A model generated the notes under the pieces. It saw nothing but the letters and a program-made list of their open reading frames with translations, did no database searches and had not been told where the DNA came from. This document shows positions 1-9,811 of a stretch of DNA of 64,000 nucleotides, one piece after another. Numbering within the stretch: the first letter of the stretch is position 1; every line of letters begins with the position of its first letter. Source of the DNA: Candidatus Latescibacterota bacterium (lineage in GTDB: Bacteria; Latescibacterota; UBA2968; GCA-2709665); contig OZ241917.1 in NCBI GenBank assembly GCA_965203805.1, positions 1,344,001 to 1,408,000 of the forward strand, in the 5' to 3' direction. A program made the position numbers and the translations under genes.

Positions 1-28
1 GGATCTGCAAAACGGGGCGATTTCTTAT

Positions 29-1243
29 CTATGCGACCCGCTGGAACCGCTCCCAGGCTTCGCCCGCCGCGGCCGCCTGGCGTTCCAACTCGCCGCGCCA
101 GCCCACAACCTCTCCGCCCTTGATTCGCCCGATGTCATAACCGGCGTAACGATCTTCCAGCGTATCTCCGAGCTTCTGCGTTTCGGCCCATCGGTCCCAC
201 GCCGTTTTCATCCATTCATAGGGCAAAGCGTCCCGCACGGCCGGATCGAGCTGCCAGGCGCTTCGCACGTCGGCCACCGCGGGTTCACCCGTAAACGGCC
301 CGGTCCACCGGGACCATCCAATGGATAGCGTGTTCCGTTCCCTGTCCGGCACGGTGTGACCCGTGTGGATGTTCGCGCCGATTCGGATGAGGGCTTCACC
401 GGCACGTAGCCGGACCGCAACCTGATCCGGCAACGGGTCCGTGCCGTTCCAGCTGGGCGTGTGCGGTACTCCTTTTTCCTTCATGGCTTTCGGGAGGAGC
501 ACATCATGCTCGAAGGGCGTGCGCCACCGATCGTGACTGCCGGGTATCAGTTCGTGGCACTCGTCGTCTACCAGCGCCAGGAACATGCTTACCCCGTTCC
601 GCTCAACAATCGACCTGGCGTTGTTCTCGCGAATCTCCTTCCAGCGTACCCGTTCGACCTCCTCCGAATACGCTTCGGGTCCCTCGCCCCGAATCTCGCG
701 CTGCGCGAAGTAGGGTTTTCCGGTTCCCCACCACGTTACGTCCCGGTGCCAGCCGAGGGCGTGTTCCGCCTTGCGCGGGTTGCACCACAGCAGCAGCCCC
801 CCGTACGTAACCTCCTCGGGGCCGAGCCCGTCGCACCAGGATCCCACGAAATCGAGAAAGTCGTTCGAACCGTGAAATTCCGCGAAACAGGGCTCCTTGA
901 ACGCGGGATGGACCAGACCTCGAATCGCCCACGGCTCGTCCGCGCCCGTCCGGTGGACGTAACCCCGGGAACAGTCGATCTCTTCATAGCCGTTTTCCGG
1001 TGCGCAGGCTTCGGTGACGCGGCGACCGGCTTCACGGAGCACGGGAATCCAGGGATTGTCGACAAAGTCGTTGATAATCACGAAACCGTGCTCCTTCAGA
1101 TAGGCCAGCCGCTCGGGCGTGGCCCCCGGCGCCGAGAGTTCCGGCTTTGCGTCCGCGAAGGCGGGCGCCCTGTAGGCGGATTCCGCCTGCGCATCCGCAC
1201 CCGCAACGGATGGGTTGTCGGTTTTCATTTCATCTCCTTTCAA
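29..1243 (-). CDS. Phytanoyl-CoA dioxygenase (PhyH)-like Fe(II)/2OG dioxygenase
   Basis: EHGFVII N-terminal motif, WHRD (HxD), LIPGSH, distal His in NIHTG; start may be the second Met (MKTD). Confidence 0.7.
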   Translation of the reverse strand: MKGDEMKTDNPSVAGADAQAESAYRAPAFADAKPELSAPGATPERLAYLKEHGFVIINDFVDNPWIPVLREAGRRVTEACAPENGYEEIDCSRGYVHRTGADEPWAIRGLVHPAFKEPCFAEFHGSNDFLDFVGSWCDGLGPEEVTYGGLLLWCNPRKAEHALGWHRDVTWWGTGKPYFAQREIRGEGPEAYSEEVERVRWKEIRENNARSIVERNGVSMFLALVDDECHELIPGSHDRWRTPFEHDVLLPKAMKEKGVPHTPSWNGTDPLPDQVAVRLRAGEALIRIGANIHTGHTVPDRERNTLSIGWSRWTGPFTGEPAVADVRSAWQLDPAVRDALPYEWMKTAWDRWAETQKLGDTLEDRYAGYDIGRIKGGEVVGWRGELERQAAAAGEAWERFQRVA

Positions 1244-1550
1244 TCAGGATCAGGATTCACAGGATTCTTTCGCCAATGGTCGATCTCAATACACGGTAAA
1301 TCCCCCCAGTAGCTTTGTCAATAGCAATATCAAAGGAACCGTTGCGATACGGCGCTGAAAGTCAGCATTCGAAATCCGGTCGACGGAATACAAAATTCTC
1401 GCCCATCACGTAAATTGTCCGTATATTTGAAACTCAGCATCGTGGCATCCCGCAAACACAATGCCTTCCATCCTCACCCCTCCGCATGGCTGCGCGTCCT
1501 GCCGGGAACGTCTTCAGACCGATTGACGAACCAGGGATTCGGGGTGCCTT

Positions 1551-3491
1551 TTGATCGAGGAAACAGGAGTGAATCGGATCGCTTCAGCGTTCTGCATCTT
1601 CTGGCTGGTCTTTGTTGCTCATCCCGCGGCCGCACAATCTCAACTTTCCAGGACCGGCCGTGCGGAAGCCGAAACCCGGTTTGAAGAAGCGCTTCGCGAC
1701 TACACCCACGGTCGCTATCGCGCGGCGAAACGGGCATTCCAGGCGTTGGCCGTGGACGACCCCGCGAGCCCGCGCGCGTCGGCCGCCCGGCTGATGCTGG
1801 CCAAATCCCAGTACAAACTCAAAGAGTACAGCCTGGCGGTGACTACGGCGGCCGGACTCCGCGAAATCTTTCCGCACAGCAGGTATCTGCCGGAAGCCGA
1901 CCTCGTCGTTGGCGACTGCAAGTTCAAGCTGGGACAGGTCTACAGCGCCGCAACCCGGTACGCGCGCGTGGTGTCCGGGCGGGGCGACATCCGTCTGAAG
2001 GCCAGGGCGGCGGATCGGCTGGGACAACTTGCGGGCACCGGAAAAATCACCGATGGAGACGTCGACCGTCTGAAGAGCGACTTCGGGACCGGCGTCATCG
2101 CGGAGGCCGTGGCCTTCGGCCGGGCCCGCTGGCCGTCGAGATACGGCGGCGTCGAACCGTCCGGTCGGGCCATGACCGGTTTTCTGGCCCGGCATCCCAA
2201 CGGTATTTTTGCCGCGCTGGTACCTGAGGAGTACGCCGGGCCGGAAGACCCTGAACCGGCCCTGCCCGGCGGACAGCAGACGTCTGAAGACGGCGGTGTG
2301 GAAACGCCGGACGATGCGCGATACACAATCGGCGTGATCGCACCCCTGGCGAGCCCCCCGGGAAAGGATATGGTCGACGGCGTCCTGCTTGCCAGAGAGT
2401 TGCATCAGCTCAAGACCGGAGAGCAGGTCGCGCTGGTTTTCAAAGACTCGCAAGGCAGCCCGGTACGCACGATCAAGGCCGCTCAGAGCCTGATCGAAGA
2501 ACACGGTGTCATTGCAATCATCGGCGCCCTGACGAGCGCCGAAACCCTTCCGATCGCCGCGCTGGCGGGCCCTTACGAAGTCCCGCTGATTGCACCGACC
2601 GCTTCGGAAGATGGCCTTGCGACACTGAATCCCTACGTCTTTCAGATCAACGCCACGCCCGGCGCACAGGGCCGGCGTATTGCCGACTTCGCGGTCCGGG
2701 AATCGGGGCTGCGCACACTGGCGACGCTCGCGTCCCGGGACTCCTACGGAGAGCGAATCGTGAAAGAGTTCACGGCCCGTGCCGAGGAATCGGGTTCGGA
2801 CGTCATCGTTCAGACGTGGTACGAGCCCGGCACGACCGACTACAAGGGCCAGCTGGAACGAATCAGAGACGCCGGTCTGGCCCTGCGCCCGCCCGCCATC
2901 CTGGCCGCTGAAGCAGATTCACTGCTTCTGGGAGGCATCCGCCTGGCGCCGCCGCCGCCGGTTGTCGTCGATCCCGACACGGTGCAGCCGGTGCCGGTAC
3001 GGACGCTGGAAGGTTTGCTGATCGCCGGGGGAAAGGACGACGTCCTGCTGATCGCGCCCCAGATTGCCTTTCACCGCATCCATTCGCGACTGCTGGGCAG
3101 CGACGGCTGGAATCACCACGAAGTCGCGAGAGATTCCTATACGGACAGCGCGGTCTTTGTGGCCAAGTACTCCACGCGCAGCGATCAGGTGTCCGTCCAC
3201 GAGTTTCTGGGCGCATTCAGGGAACGGTTCAACCGCGACCAGGGCATTGCCGCAGCGCTGGGATACGACGCGATGGCGGCCGTGTTGACGGCCATCGATC
3301 GGGGCGGTACGTCTCCGCGGCGGCTTCAGAACGCGCTCGAGAATCTCGGCGAGATACCCGGCGCCACCGGGAAGATATCCTTCAGCAGGGGCAATCGTGA
3401 GAACGCCTGGATGTATCTGCTGACCATCCGTAATAAAAGGATTCAACTTCTCTCCATCGGCCGCTCGGACAAAACCGTGCCGGAGCCCTGA
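1551..3491 (+). CDS. TPR/BamD-like repeat plus periplasmic-binding-protein domain protein (LpoA/LppC-like penicillin-binding protein activator family)
   Basis: Signal peptide, TPR-like helices, then IGVIAPL...IIGALTS...LGSDGW...ALGYDA...GATGKISF PBP1-type fold. Confidence 0.7.
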   Translation: MIEETGVNRIASAFCIFWLVFVAHPAAAQSQLSRTGRAEAETRFEEALRDYTHGRYRAAKRAFQALAVDDPASPRASAARLMLAKSQYKLKEYSLAVTTAAGLREIFPHSRYLPEADLVVGDCKFKLGQVYSAATRYARVVSGRGDIRLKARAADRLGQLAGTGKITDGDVDRLKSDFGTGVIAEAVAFGRARWPSRYGGVEPSGRAMTGFLARHPNGIFAALVPEEYAGPEDPEPALPGGQQTSEDGGVETPDDARYTIGVIAPLASPPGKDMVDGVLLARELHQLKTGEQVALVFKDSQGSPVRTIKAAQSLIEEHGVIAIIGALTSAETLPIAALAGPYEVPLIAPTASEDGLATLNPYVFQINATPGAQGRRIADFAVRESGLRTLATLASRDSYGERIVKEFTARAEESGSDVIVQTWYEPGTTDYKGQLERIRDAGLALRPPAILAAEADSLLLGGIRLAPPPPVVVDPDTVQPVPVRTLEGLLIAGGKDDVLLIAPQIAFHRIHSRLLGSDGWNHHEVARDSYTDSAVFVAKYSTRSDQVSVHEFLGAFRERFNRDQGIAAALGYDAMAAVLTAIDRGGTSPRRLQNALENLGEIPGATGKISFSRGNRENAWMYLLTIRNKRIQLLSIGRSDKTVPEP

Positions 3492-3635
3492 TCGCCGTCA
3501 CCCGAAAAACTCCTCGTCACAACACCATTTGCTCCCCGCTGGCATTTCTATTGCACTGGATACGGCAAGCGACCGCCGGACGCATCGTCGGCCGCGGATA
3601 AATCGCCTGTTGCCAATCATTCGTGCACGATAGTC

Positions 3636-5468
3636 ATGCCAGGGGGGACGCTCGGGATGAGCGATTTCTTTCAATTCGACCGGGCCAGACCGAATCTGAC
3701 GTTCATCACACTGGCCGTCTGCATGCTGTCCGCTGTCGCGCCCTGTGCGCAGGAATCCCTCACACCTGAAACCGCGGAAACGTACCTGACCGTCTTGCGG
3801 GACCTGGAAGGCCGGGTCATCGACGTCAACAAGGCGAACGCGGATGACCTGACGGCGTTGCCCTGGATCTCACCGGAGGTGGCGCGCGGGGTGGTGGCCC
3901 ATCGAAGGCGGTTCGGACCCTTTCGTAGCATCGACGATCTTCTCAGAGTACCCGGCGTCACATCAGAGGTCCTCGCGGCCGTCCGGCCCTACCTGTCGAT
4001 ATCTTCCCGGCGCGGTCCCCGCGTCCGGACGTCACTCCGATTCACACGCCCGCCGAACCGTGCCACCGCCTGGCCCAATCTGAGGGTCTACCAGCGGACC
4101 GTGATCTCGGCACGGCACGTGGAAGGGGTTCTGCTTACGGAACGCGACCCCCTGGAACAACGGCTCGCGGACTTTCTCACCGGGTACGTGCGAGTCACCG
4201 CCGTACCGGGCGTGCAGCGGCTGCTCGTCGGCGCCTTCCGACCCGGATACGGACAGGGACTCCTTTTCAGCCGACACAACCGATCGGCGACCGGCCTCGA
4301 GTGGGCCCGGCCGGTCAGTACGCGAAGCGTGGGATATCGCTCTTCGATCGAAGACGGCGCGCTCCGGGGCGTGTTTGCGGAAGGCCGGGTGGGCCGGGTT
4401 ACGTGGGCGGCCATGGGTACCCGTAACCGGTGGGATGCCGCCATCGACAGTGCGGGGGTTGCAACGATCCGAACGGCGGACCTGCACGTCTCGCAAACCG
4501 AGCGGGAACGCAGGGGCAGGCTGCGGGAGGACCTGACGGCCCTTCGCTCCCACGTCGAACTGCCGGATGGCAGAATCGGCGCGACCCTCGTGCGAACGAC
4601 GTTTTCACCGTCGCTTCAGCATGTTCGACGCAGGCATTCCGCGGGGTTGGATTGGAACCTGCGCGGGCGCGGGCTGGACGTTTTCGGCGAGATCGCCGCC
4701 TCGGAAAGAAACGCCGTCGCCTGGCTGACGGGCGCGCGCGCGAGCTTCGACCGCCTGAGGCTGGTCGTCCTCGCCCGCAGGTACCCGGCTGGATTCTCAA
4801 GCCTGCGCGGTCGCCCGTTCTCCGCGTACAGCGGCAGAAACGAGTGGGGTCTGTTCGCCGGCGCCGTATGGCGGCCCGGGCGGCGGACACGGATCCAGGC
4901 CACGCTGGACCGGCACGGCCGCGTGGCGCCCGAGGGAAAGGACGCGCTGCCGGGACGGGGAGAGCGATTCTCGTTCGATTTGAAGCGTCGCCTGAAATAC
5001 GCGACCCTTCGGCTCACGATGGGCACGCGTCGTCAAACCGTGGCGACGTCCGGCATTACCGGCGTACGGGTCCGGAGACGCGCCCGCCTTCGCGTCGCCA
5101 TCCCGCGGTCACGCCCACGCCTCAATCTCTGGCTGGAGGGCGCGGGCGCCCGATCCCCGATCCGCGAGAGCGGCGGACGGGCGGCGGGCATGAACCTCCG
5201 GATCCAGCGCGGGACCCGACTCAGGGCCGACGCATGGCTGGCTCTGTTCGACGTGACCCACTTTGATTCCCGCATCTATACGTTCGAGCCCGACGTATGG
5301 GGAGGCAGCCGCCTGCAACTCCTGTCGGGCAGGGGCCGATCGGCGGGAGTCCGGCTCACCTTCGCGGGATCCCGCGCCCGCGTTTCCGTCCGCTACGCCG
5401 TTAAGGACACCCGGGACGGGGTTTCAAACACCTGGGCATCGCAGATCGAATTCGGCACCAGGAAATAA
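3636..5468 (+). CDS. ComEA-like helix-hairpin-helix protein with C-terminal beta-barrel-like region
   Basis: IDVNKANADDLTALPWI...GPFRSIDDLLRVPGV HhH motif; C-terminal amphipathic strands (RIYTFEPDV). Confidence 0.7.
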   Translation: MPGGTLGMSDFFQFDRARPNLTFITLAVCMLSAVAPCAQESLTPETAETYLTVLRDLEGRVIDVNKANADDLTALPWISPEVARGVVAHRRRFGPFRSIDDLLRVPGVTSEVLAAVRPYLSISSRRGPRVRTSLRFTRPPNRATAWPNLRVYQRTVISARHVEGVLLTERDPLEQRLADFLTGYVRVTAVPGVQRLLVGAFRPGYGQGLLFSRHNRSATGLEWARPVSTRSVGYRSSIEDGALRGVFAEGRVGRVTWAAMGTRNRWDAAIDSAGVATIRTADLHVSQTERERRGRLREDLTALRSHVELPDGRIGATLVRTTFSPSLQHVRRRHSAGLDWNLRGRGLDVFGEIAASERNAVAWLTGARASFDRLRLVVLARRYPAGFSSLRGRPFSAYSGRNEWGLFAGAVWRPGRRTRIQATLDRHGRVAPEGKDALPGRGERFSFDLKRRLKYATLRLTMGTRRQTVATSGITGVRVRRRARLRVAIPRSRPRLNLWLEGAGARSPIRESGGRAAGMNLRIQRGTRLRADAWLALFDVTHFDSRIYTFEPDVWGGSRLQLLSGRGRSAGVRLTFAGSRARVSVRYAVKDTRDGVSNTWASQIEFGTRK

Positions 5469-5504
5469 GCCTCCTGGACGCGGGAAATGTACCAATAGCC
5501 AAAT

Positions 5505-5535
5505 CGCAGGGTCAGGTTTGAAACCTGCCCCTGCG
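5505..5535. repeat. REP-like intergenic palindrome
   Basis: CGCAGGGTCAGGTTTGAAACCTGCCCCTGCG near-perfect hairpin downstream of a stop codon. Confidence 0.55.
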
Positions 5536-5767
5536 CAAGAGAGTGACAATTCATGACGTAAATCAGAATGGCCTTGCCGCCCTGATATCGGAAATTTGTT
5601 TCAGAATCAAAACGTGTGCTGTATTTTTCCCTTTCTGCAGTCCAGTCAATTAGGTATTATGCCCATCCAGCGGTCGAGACGGGCACGCAGAACCTGGATC
5701 CAATTGCCGGCAGCGACATTTGTCCGCCCGCCGGCAATTTTGCTTCTTTCGAAGCGGTTAACGGGAC

Positions 5768-6808
5768 ATGATGGCGAAGAATCGAAACCAATCCTGGATG
5801 TTGGGGGCCGTGCTTTGCGGGGTCATGCTGGCCGGATGCGGCCCCCGGCTGCCCGAATCGGTTGGACCCGCGCAGGAGATCCTGGTCCTGATCGATCCGG
5901 CCGACCGGCAGGGTCTGGAACCGCACCTTAAGGAGATATTCGAAAGAATACTCTATACGCCTCAGGAAGAGAAGATATTCCGGCTGCAGTTCGAAGATGT
6001 GGCCAATATCGACAGGTTTGAAAACAAGAGGCGAAAAAACATCCTGGTTGTCGCCGAACTGGACGCTCCCCACGCCACCGCGGGCTTCCTGAGAAGCATC
6101 CTGAGCCCGGACGTCCAGGACGCCGTGCGCGGGAACCGGTCCGCCGTATTCTGGAAAGAGGACGTATGGGCGAAAGAGCAGTTGCTGGTCGCGGTGTCGG
6201 GCGCGGATAGCGCAGCACTGTTGGACAACCTCAGGATGGAAGCGGACCGGCTCTACGAGCGGATCGAAGACGCCCGAAACGAGCGGATTCGGCGGTTGAT
6301 CTATCGCTACGGCGAACGGAAGGACGTCACCGAGCGCCTTGGGCGGGAATTCGGCTGGCAGGTGCGCGTGGCCTTCGGATACCGCATCCTGGAGGCCGAT
6401 CCCGACAGCGGATTCGTGGTATTGACCAAAGAGGAACCCAACAGGTGGCTGTTCGTCTACTGGGAGGACGGCATTTCTCCCGACGACCTCACGGAAGCGT
6501 GGTGCATCCGAAAACGGAACGACATTACGCGACGGTTTTTCGATCAGGACCGGATCGTGGACGATCACCTGCAGATCGGCCAGGCCGAGTTCGGAGGAAA
6601 ACTGGCGTTTGTTCTGCAAGGCCTCTGGGAAAACAGGAGAAAATGGGCCGGGGGCCCATTCAAGAGTTACGCGTTCGTGGATGTGGAAACCAACCGGTTT
6701 TTCTACATCGACTGCGGGGTATATTCACCAAACAAGCGGAAGGAACCCTATCTTCGCCAGATCGACCTTATGGCAAGGACCTTCGCTCAGGTGGAATCGA
6801 CACCCTGA
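5768..6808 (+). CDS. DUF4837-family lipoprotein
   Basis: Lipobox LAGC; TPQEE, DVWAKEQ, GLWE...GGPF..Y, YSPNKRK motifs. Confidence 0.7.
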   Translation: MMAKNRNQSWMLGAVLCGVMLAGCGPRLPESVGPAQEILVLIDPADRQGLEPHLKEIFERILYTPQEEKIFRLQFEDVANIDRFENKRRKNILVVAELDAPHATAGFLRSILSPDVQDAVRGNRSAVFWKEDVWAKEQLLVAVSGADSAALLDNLRMEADRLYERIEDARNERIRRLIYRYGERKDVTERLGREFGWQVRVAFGYRILEADPDSGFVVLTKEEPNRWLFVYWEDGISPDDLTEAWCIRKRNDITRRFFDQDRIVDDHLQIGQAEFGGKLAFVLQGLWENRRKWAGGPFKSYAFVDVETNRFFYIDCGVYSPNKRKEPYLRQIDLMARTFAQVESTP

Positions 6809-6811
6809 ACC

Positions 6812-6840
6812 TTGCGTTTCGCTCGCGAAGAGGGTATAAT
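6812..6840 (+). promoter_or_regulatory. Sigma-70-type promoter
   Basis: TTGCGT-17 bp-TATAAT in an intergenic region. Confidence 0.55.
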
Positions 6841-7089
6841 TCGGATTGTTAATCATGATTCGTCATCTTTCAGTCACGTTAAGTCGTATATACGCAAGTT
6901 AATAAAGGCGATTGAACGTCGGATTTCCAGGATACTTCAGGTCACTGGACGTGAACCGAAAAAATGTCCATTTCGACGACCTTTTCGGCCCAATTCGGAA
7001 GGCCTTGTCGCGATGCAGCGTTGCTGCTATTGTCGAATTGAGGCTGATCGTCCAATGAAACGGCACGACGCCAGCGGAGCAGGGGATCA

Positions 7090-7800
7090 ATGGGCAGGCA
7101 GAATCGGTTTTCGGGTCTGGGAAAACGCGCGCGGATGAGCTTTCGCGGCACCCTGTTTGCCGGGATCGCGCTCCTGGTGCCGGTAGCGGTCACCTTTATG
7201 GTCCTGCAGATCGTCTTTCAGTGGATTGACGGCCTTGCCCAGCCCCTGGTCAAACGCATATTCCAGACTGAAAACGACGTCTTCGGTCTGGGCCTGGTCC
7301 TGACGCTCATTCTGATCTGGCTTGCCGGTTTGCTGGCCAGCAACGTTTTCGGCAGACGCGTCATCGGCAAAGGAGACGATCTGATCAAGCGGCTTCCGGT
7401 TATCGGAAGCATCTACGGGCCTGTGAAACAGTTCATGGAATCGGTGGTCTCGCCTGAAGAAGACAGGGGATTCCATCGGGTCGTTCTCGCTGAATATCCC
7501 ACCGAAGGACTCTGGATTCTGGGTTTCGCCACCGGCGATATTCCAATGGACGAGAAAGGGCGGACGGGTTGTTGTGTCTTTATTCCGACCTCGCCCAATC
7601 CCGCTACGGGCTGGACCGTCGTGTTCCCGCCGGAAAAGGTGCGGAACGTCTCCCTCACCGTAGAAGAAGCCATGCAGATGATCGTCTCGGCCGGGGTCGT
7701 CATTCCCGATGCGCTGAAGTCGTCGCCGTCAGATAAGCCGCCAGGTCCCCTTGCGAACCTCCAGCCGGTTGCAGACCCTTCCGACCGGGACCGTACGTAG
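7090..7800 (+). CDS. DUF502 family membrane protein
   Basis: Two TM helices, LPVIGSIY, VLAEYP, VFIPTSPNPATG, EAMQMIVSAG; start may be ATG 7135. Confidence 0.85.
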   Translation: MGRQNRFSGLGKRARMSFRGTLFAGIALLVPVAVTFMVLQIVFQWIDGLAQPLVKRIFQTENDVFGLGLVLTLILIWLAGLLASNVFGRRVIGKGDDLIKRLPVIGSIYGPVKQFMESVVSPEEDRGFHRVVLAEYPTEGLWILGFATGDIPMDEKGRTGCCVFIPTSPNPATGWTVVFPPEKVRNVSLTVEEAMQMIVSAGVVIPDALKSSPSDKPPGPLANLQPVADPSDRDRT

Positions 7801-7830
7801 ACACCGGGCGCCCGGATCCCCACGGGTTCA

Positions 7831-8235
7831 TCAGGTCTCGAAATCGTCCACGTCCTCGAATCCCTCCAGTTCGTCGACGCCTTCCCGGATCAGCGCCAGT
7901 ATGGAGTTGTGCGGAATAATCAGGTATTTCTCACCTTCGAACTTGATCTCCATCGCCACCTTTTTCATGAAGAGGGCATAGTCGCCAACCTGGGCCTGCA
8001 TCGGAAGGTACTTCGGTTCATCGGGTACGCTCCGCCATGGCTCGTCGTCGACGTCGTGGGGCTGCGGCAGCGGCATCCCCGGACCCGTCAGCATGATCCG
8101 GCCGCCCTGGACCTCTTCCTTTTCTATTACCGTCTGCGGCAGGTAGAGTCCGACCTCGGTACGTTCCTGGAGTTCCTCCTGCTTCACCAGGACCCGGTCC
8201 CCGACAATAATCAGTTCCTTATTTCCGATTTTCAT
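7831..8235 (-). CDS. Co-chaperonin GroES-family protein (orphan, no groEL nearby)
   Basis: GDRVLVK, TEVGLYLP, GPG, VGDYALF, FEGEKYLII..SILA; start set at ATG 8235 because the longer ORF overlaps tRNA-Leu. Confidence 0.8.
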   Translation of the reverse strand: MKIGNKELIIVGDRVLVKQEELQERTEVGLYLPQTVIEKEEVQGGRIMLTGPGMPLPQPHDVDDEPWRSVPDEPKYLPMQAQVGDYALFMKKVAMEIKFEGEKYLIIPHNSILALIREGVDELEGFEDVDDFET

Positions 8236-8268
8236 CGCATGGCCCTCTTGGTCTCGGTATTGTATGAG

Positions 8269-8354
8269 TGCCGGAGGCCGGACTCGAACCGGCACGGGCG
8301 TATCGGCCCGGGGGATTTTAAGTCCCCTATGTCTACCAATTCCATCACTCCGGC
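8269..8354 (-). tRNA. tRNA-Leu (anticodon TAA)
   Basis: Reverse complement GCCGGAGTGATGGAATTGGTAGACATAGGGGAC-TTAAAA-TCCCC, long variable arm, GGTTCGAGTCC, CTCCGGCA; CCA not encoded. Confidence 0.95.
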
Positions 8355-8364
8355 ACCGGGTTCG

Positions 8365-8393
8365 AAAATAGCGAACCGCCTGAACATTGTCAA
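8365..8393 (-). promoter_or_regulatory. Sigma-70 promoter of tRNA-Leu
   Basis: TTGACA-17 bp-TATTTT on the minus strand just upstream of the tRNA. Confidence 0.6.
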
Positions 8394-8472
8394 GCGGGAT
8401 CAGCCGTTTTTCCTACTTCCCAAAAAAACAACGACTAATCTCTGGAAGACAGTCGTGTAACCACCAATCTAA

Positions 8473-8547
8473 TGGAGGCGGCGGGCGGATTCGAACCGCC
8501 GAATAGGGGCTTTGCAGGCCCTTGCCTTACCACTTGGCCACGCCGCC
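8473..8547 (-). tRNA. tRNA-Cys (anticodon GCA)
   Basis: Reverse complement GGCGGCGTGGCCAAGTGGTAAGGCAAGGGCCTGCAAAGCCCC...GGTTCGAATCC...CGCCGCCTCCA. Confidence 0.95.
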
Positions 8548-8562
8548 TCGGTCTATGATCTG

Positions 8563-8591
8563 AAAATACAATACCTGCCAGCGGTTGTCAA
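8563..8591 (-). promoter_or_regulatory. Sigma-70 promoter of tRNA-Cys
   Basis: TTGACA-17 bp-TATTTT on the minus strand. Confidence 0.6.
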
Positions 8592-8626
8592 GCCCCACGC
8601 ACAGGATTGCGGGATTTCAGGTCCGG

Positions 8627-9271
8627 TTACCGGCTTGCCCACAGCATCCCGCGCCTTTGAATCTCCCGCGCCTCCGGTACGTCGAAGTCCCGGGCCACGT
8701 GCCCCAGCGACGAGTAGAACACCCGTCCCTCGCCCCACATCCGCTTCCAGACGACCGGCATGACGCACCCGTTCACCCATGGCGCCACGGTTGTCTGAAA
8801 CGTCGTCGTCGCCAGCACGTGGTTGGACGGGTCCACGTGCATGTAATATTGCTCCGAATGCATCCTGAAGTCCGGAATGCCGCGGGTGACCGGATCTTCG
8901 TGTTCCACAACGTTCACCTCATAGTCGATAACGCCACCGGGATGGGCCACCCACTGGCCGCCAACCATAAACTGGTATTCGGTATTCTCCCGGAACGCGT
9001 CGGCCATTCCTCCGTGCCAGCCGGCAATGCCCACGCCGCTCCTGACAGCTTCCAATAGTCCCTTCTCCTGCTCCCGCTCGATCGTGCCCATCGTCCAGAT
9101 GGGCACGACAAGGCTTAATTCGGCCATCCGTCCGGCATCCAGGTACACGTCCATCGACTCCGAAAGCGTGACGTCGAAGCCCTCATCGCTCAGGATCGGC
9201 GCGAATATATCCACGCACTTCCCGGGCTCGTGTCCCTGCCATCCGCCGTACACCACCAACGCTTTCTTCAT
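8627..9271 (-). CDS. ThuA-like domain protein
   Basis: [61 protein letters not shown]. Confidence 0.85.
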   Translation of the reverse strand: MKKALVVYGGWQGHEPGKCVDIFAPILSDEGFDVTLSESMDVYLDAGRMAELSLVVPIWTMGTIEREQEKGLLEAVRSGVGIAGWHGGMADAFRENTEYQFMVGGQWVAHPGGVIDYEVNVVEHEDPVTRGIPDFRMHSEQYYMHVDPSNHVLATTTFQTTVAPWVNGCVMPVVWKRMWGEGRVFYSSLGHVARDFDVPEAREIQRRGMLWASR

Positions 9272-9352
9272 TGTCCGCCTCTCATCGTCGCTATCGCGAT
9301 ATGATCTGCTCATCGTTCACAAGCAAGATAAGGTGTCCGTCGAACGTGCGAT

Positions 9353-9709
9353 TTATTCCAGAGCACGGCGCCAGGCGTCTTCCCTGAAGCCAACGAGACC
9401 GGTGTCCCTCGTCAACAGAAAGGGCCGCTTGACCAGCATCCCGTTGCGCGACAGAAGATCGAGCGCTTCTCCGGTGTTCATCGAGGGGAGCCGGTCCTTC
9501 ATGTTCAACTCGCGATACATCCGTCCGGACGTGTTGAAGAGCTTCCTGATCTCGCCGTTGCAGTGGTCGAGCATCGCCCGCAATTCAGACACTGAGGGCG
9601 GTGTTTCCGTAATGTCACGTGAGTTGTATCCAATGCCGAGGTCGTCGAGAAACCTGATTGCCTTGCGGCAGGCGCCGCACCTGGCATACTGATAGACTTC
9701 CAGCGCCAT
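9353..9709 (-). CDS. ArsC/Spx (YffB-like) family protein
   Basis: CGACRKA (CxxC), LFNTSG..YREL, MLVKRPFL, GF...W. Confidence 0.85.
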   Translation of the reverse strand: MALEVYQYARCGACRKAIRFLDDLGIGYNSRDITETPPSVSELRAMLDHCNGEIRKLFNTSGRMYRELNMKDRLPSMNTGEALDLLSRNGMLVKRPFLLTRDTGLVGFREDAWRRALE

Positions 9710-9811
9710 CGTGAGTCTCCCCGATCATGAATGTCGATAATCAAACGGAACGTCCGTCGCGGTCCCCGTCCGTGGAAGACCGCCGGGACGTCAAGTGGCT
9801 TCCTGCAACGA

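Noticed and set aside
5702-5738. AATTGCCGGC...GCCGGCAATT hairpin as a riboswitch
   Set aside because: No recognisable aptamer consensus; could be a simple terminator or leader hairpin.
8236-8295. Extended N-terminus of the GroES-like ORF
   Set aside because: It overlaps tRNA-Leu; ATG 8235 has an SD-like GAGGG and matches the family start.
8269-8547. tRNA genes as the island attachment site
   Set aside because: No duplicated tRNA 3' end was seen, and ordinary high-GC genes lie between the tRNAs and the island.
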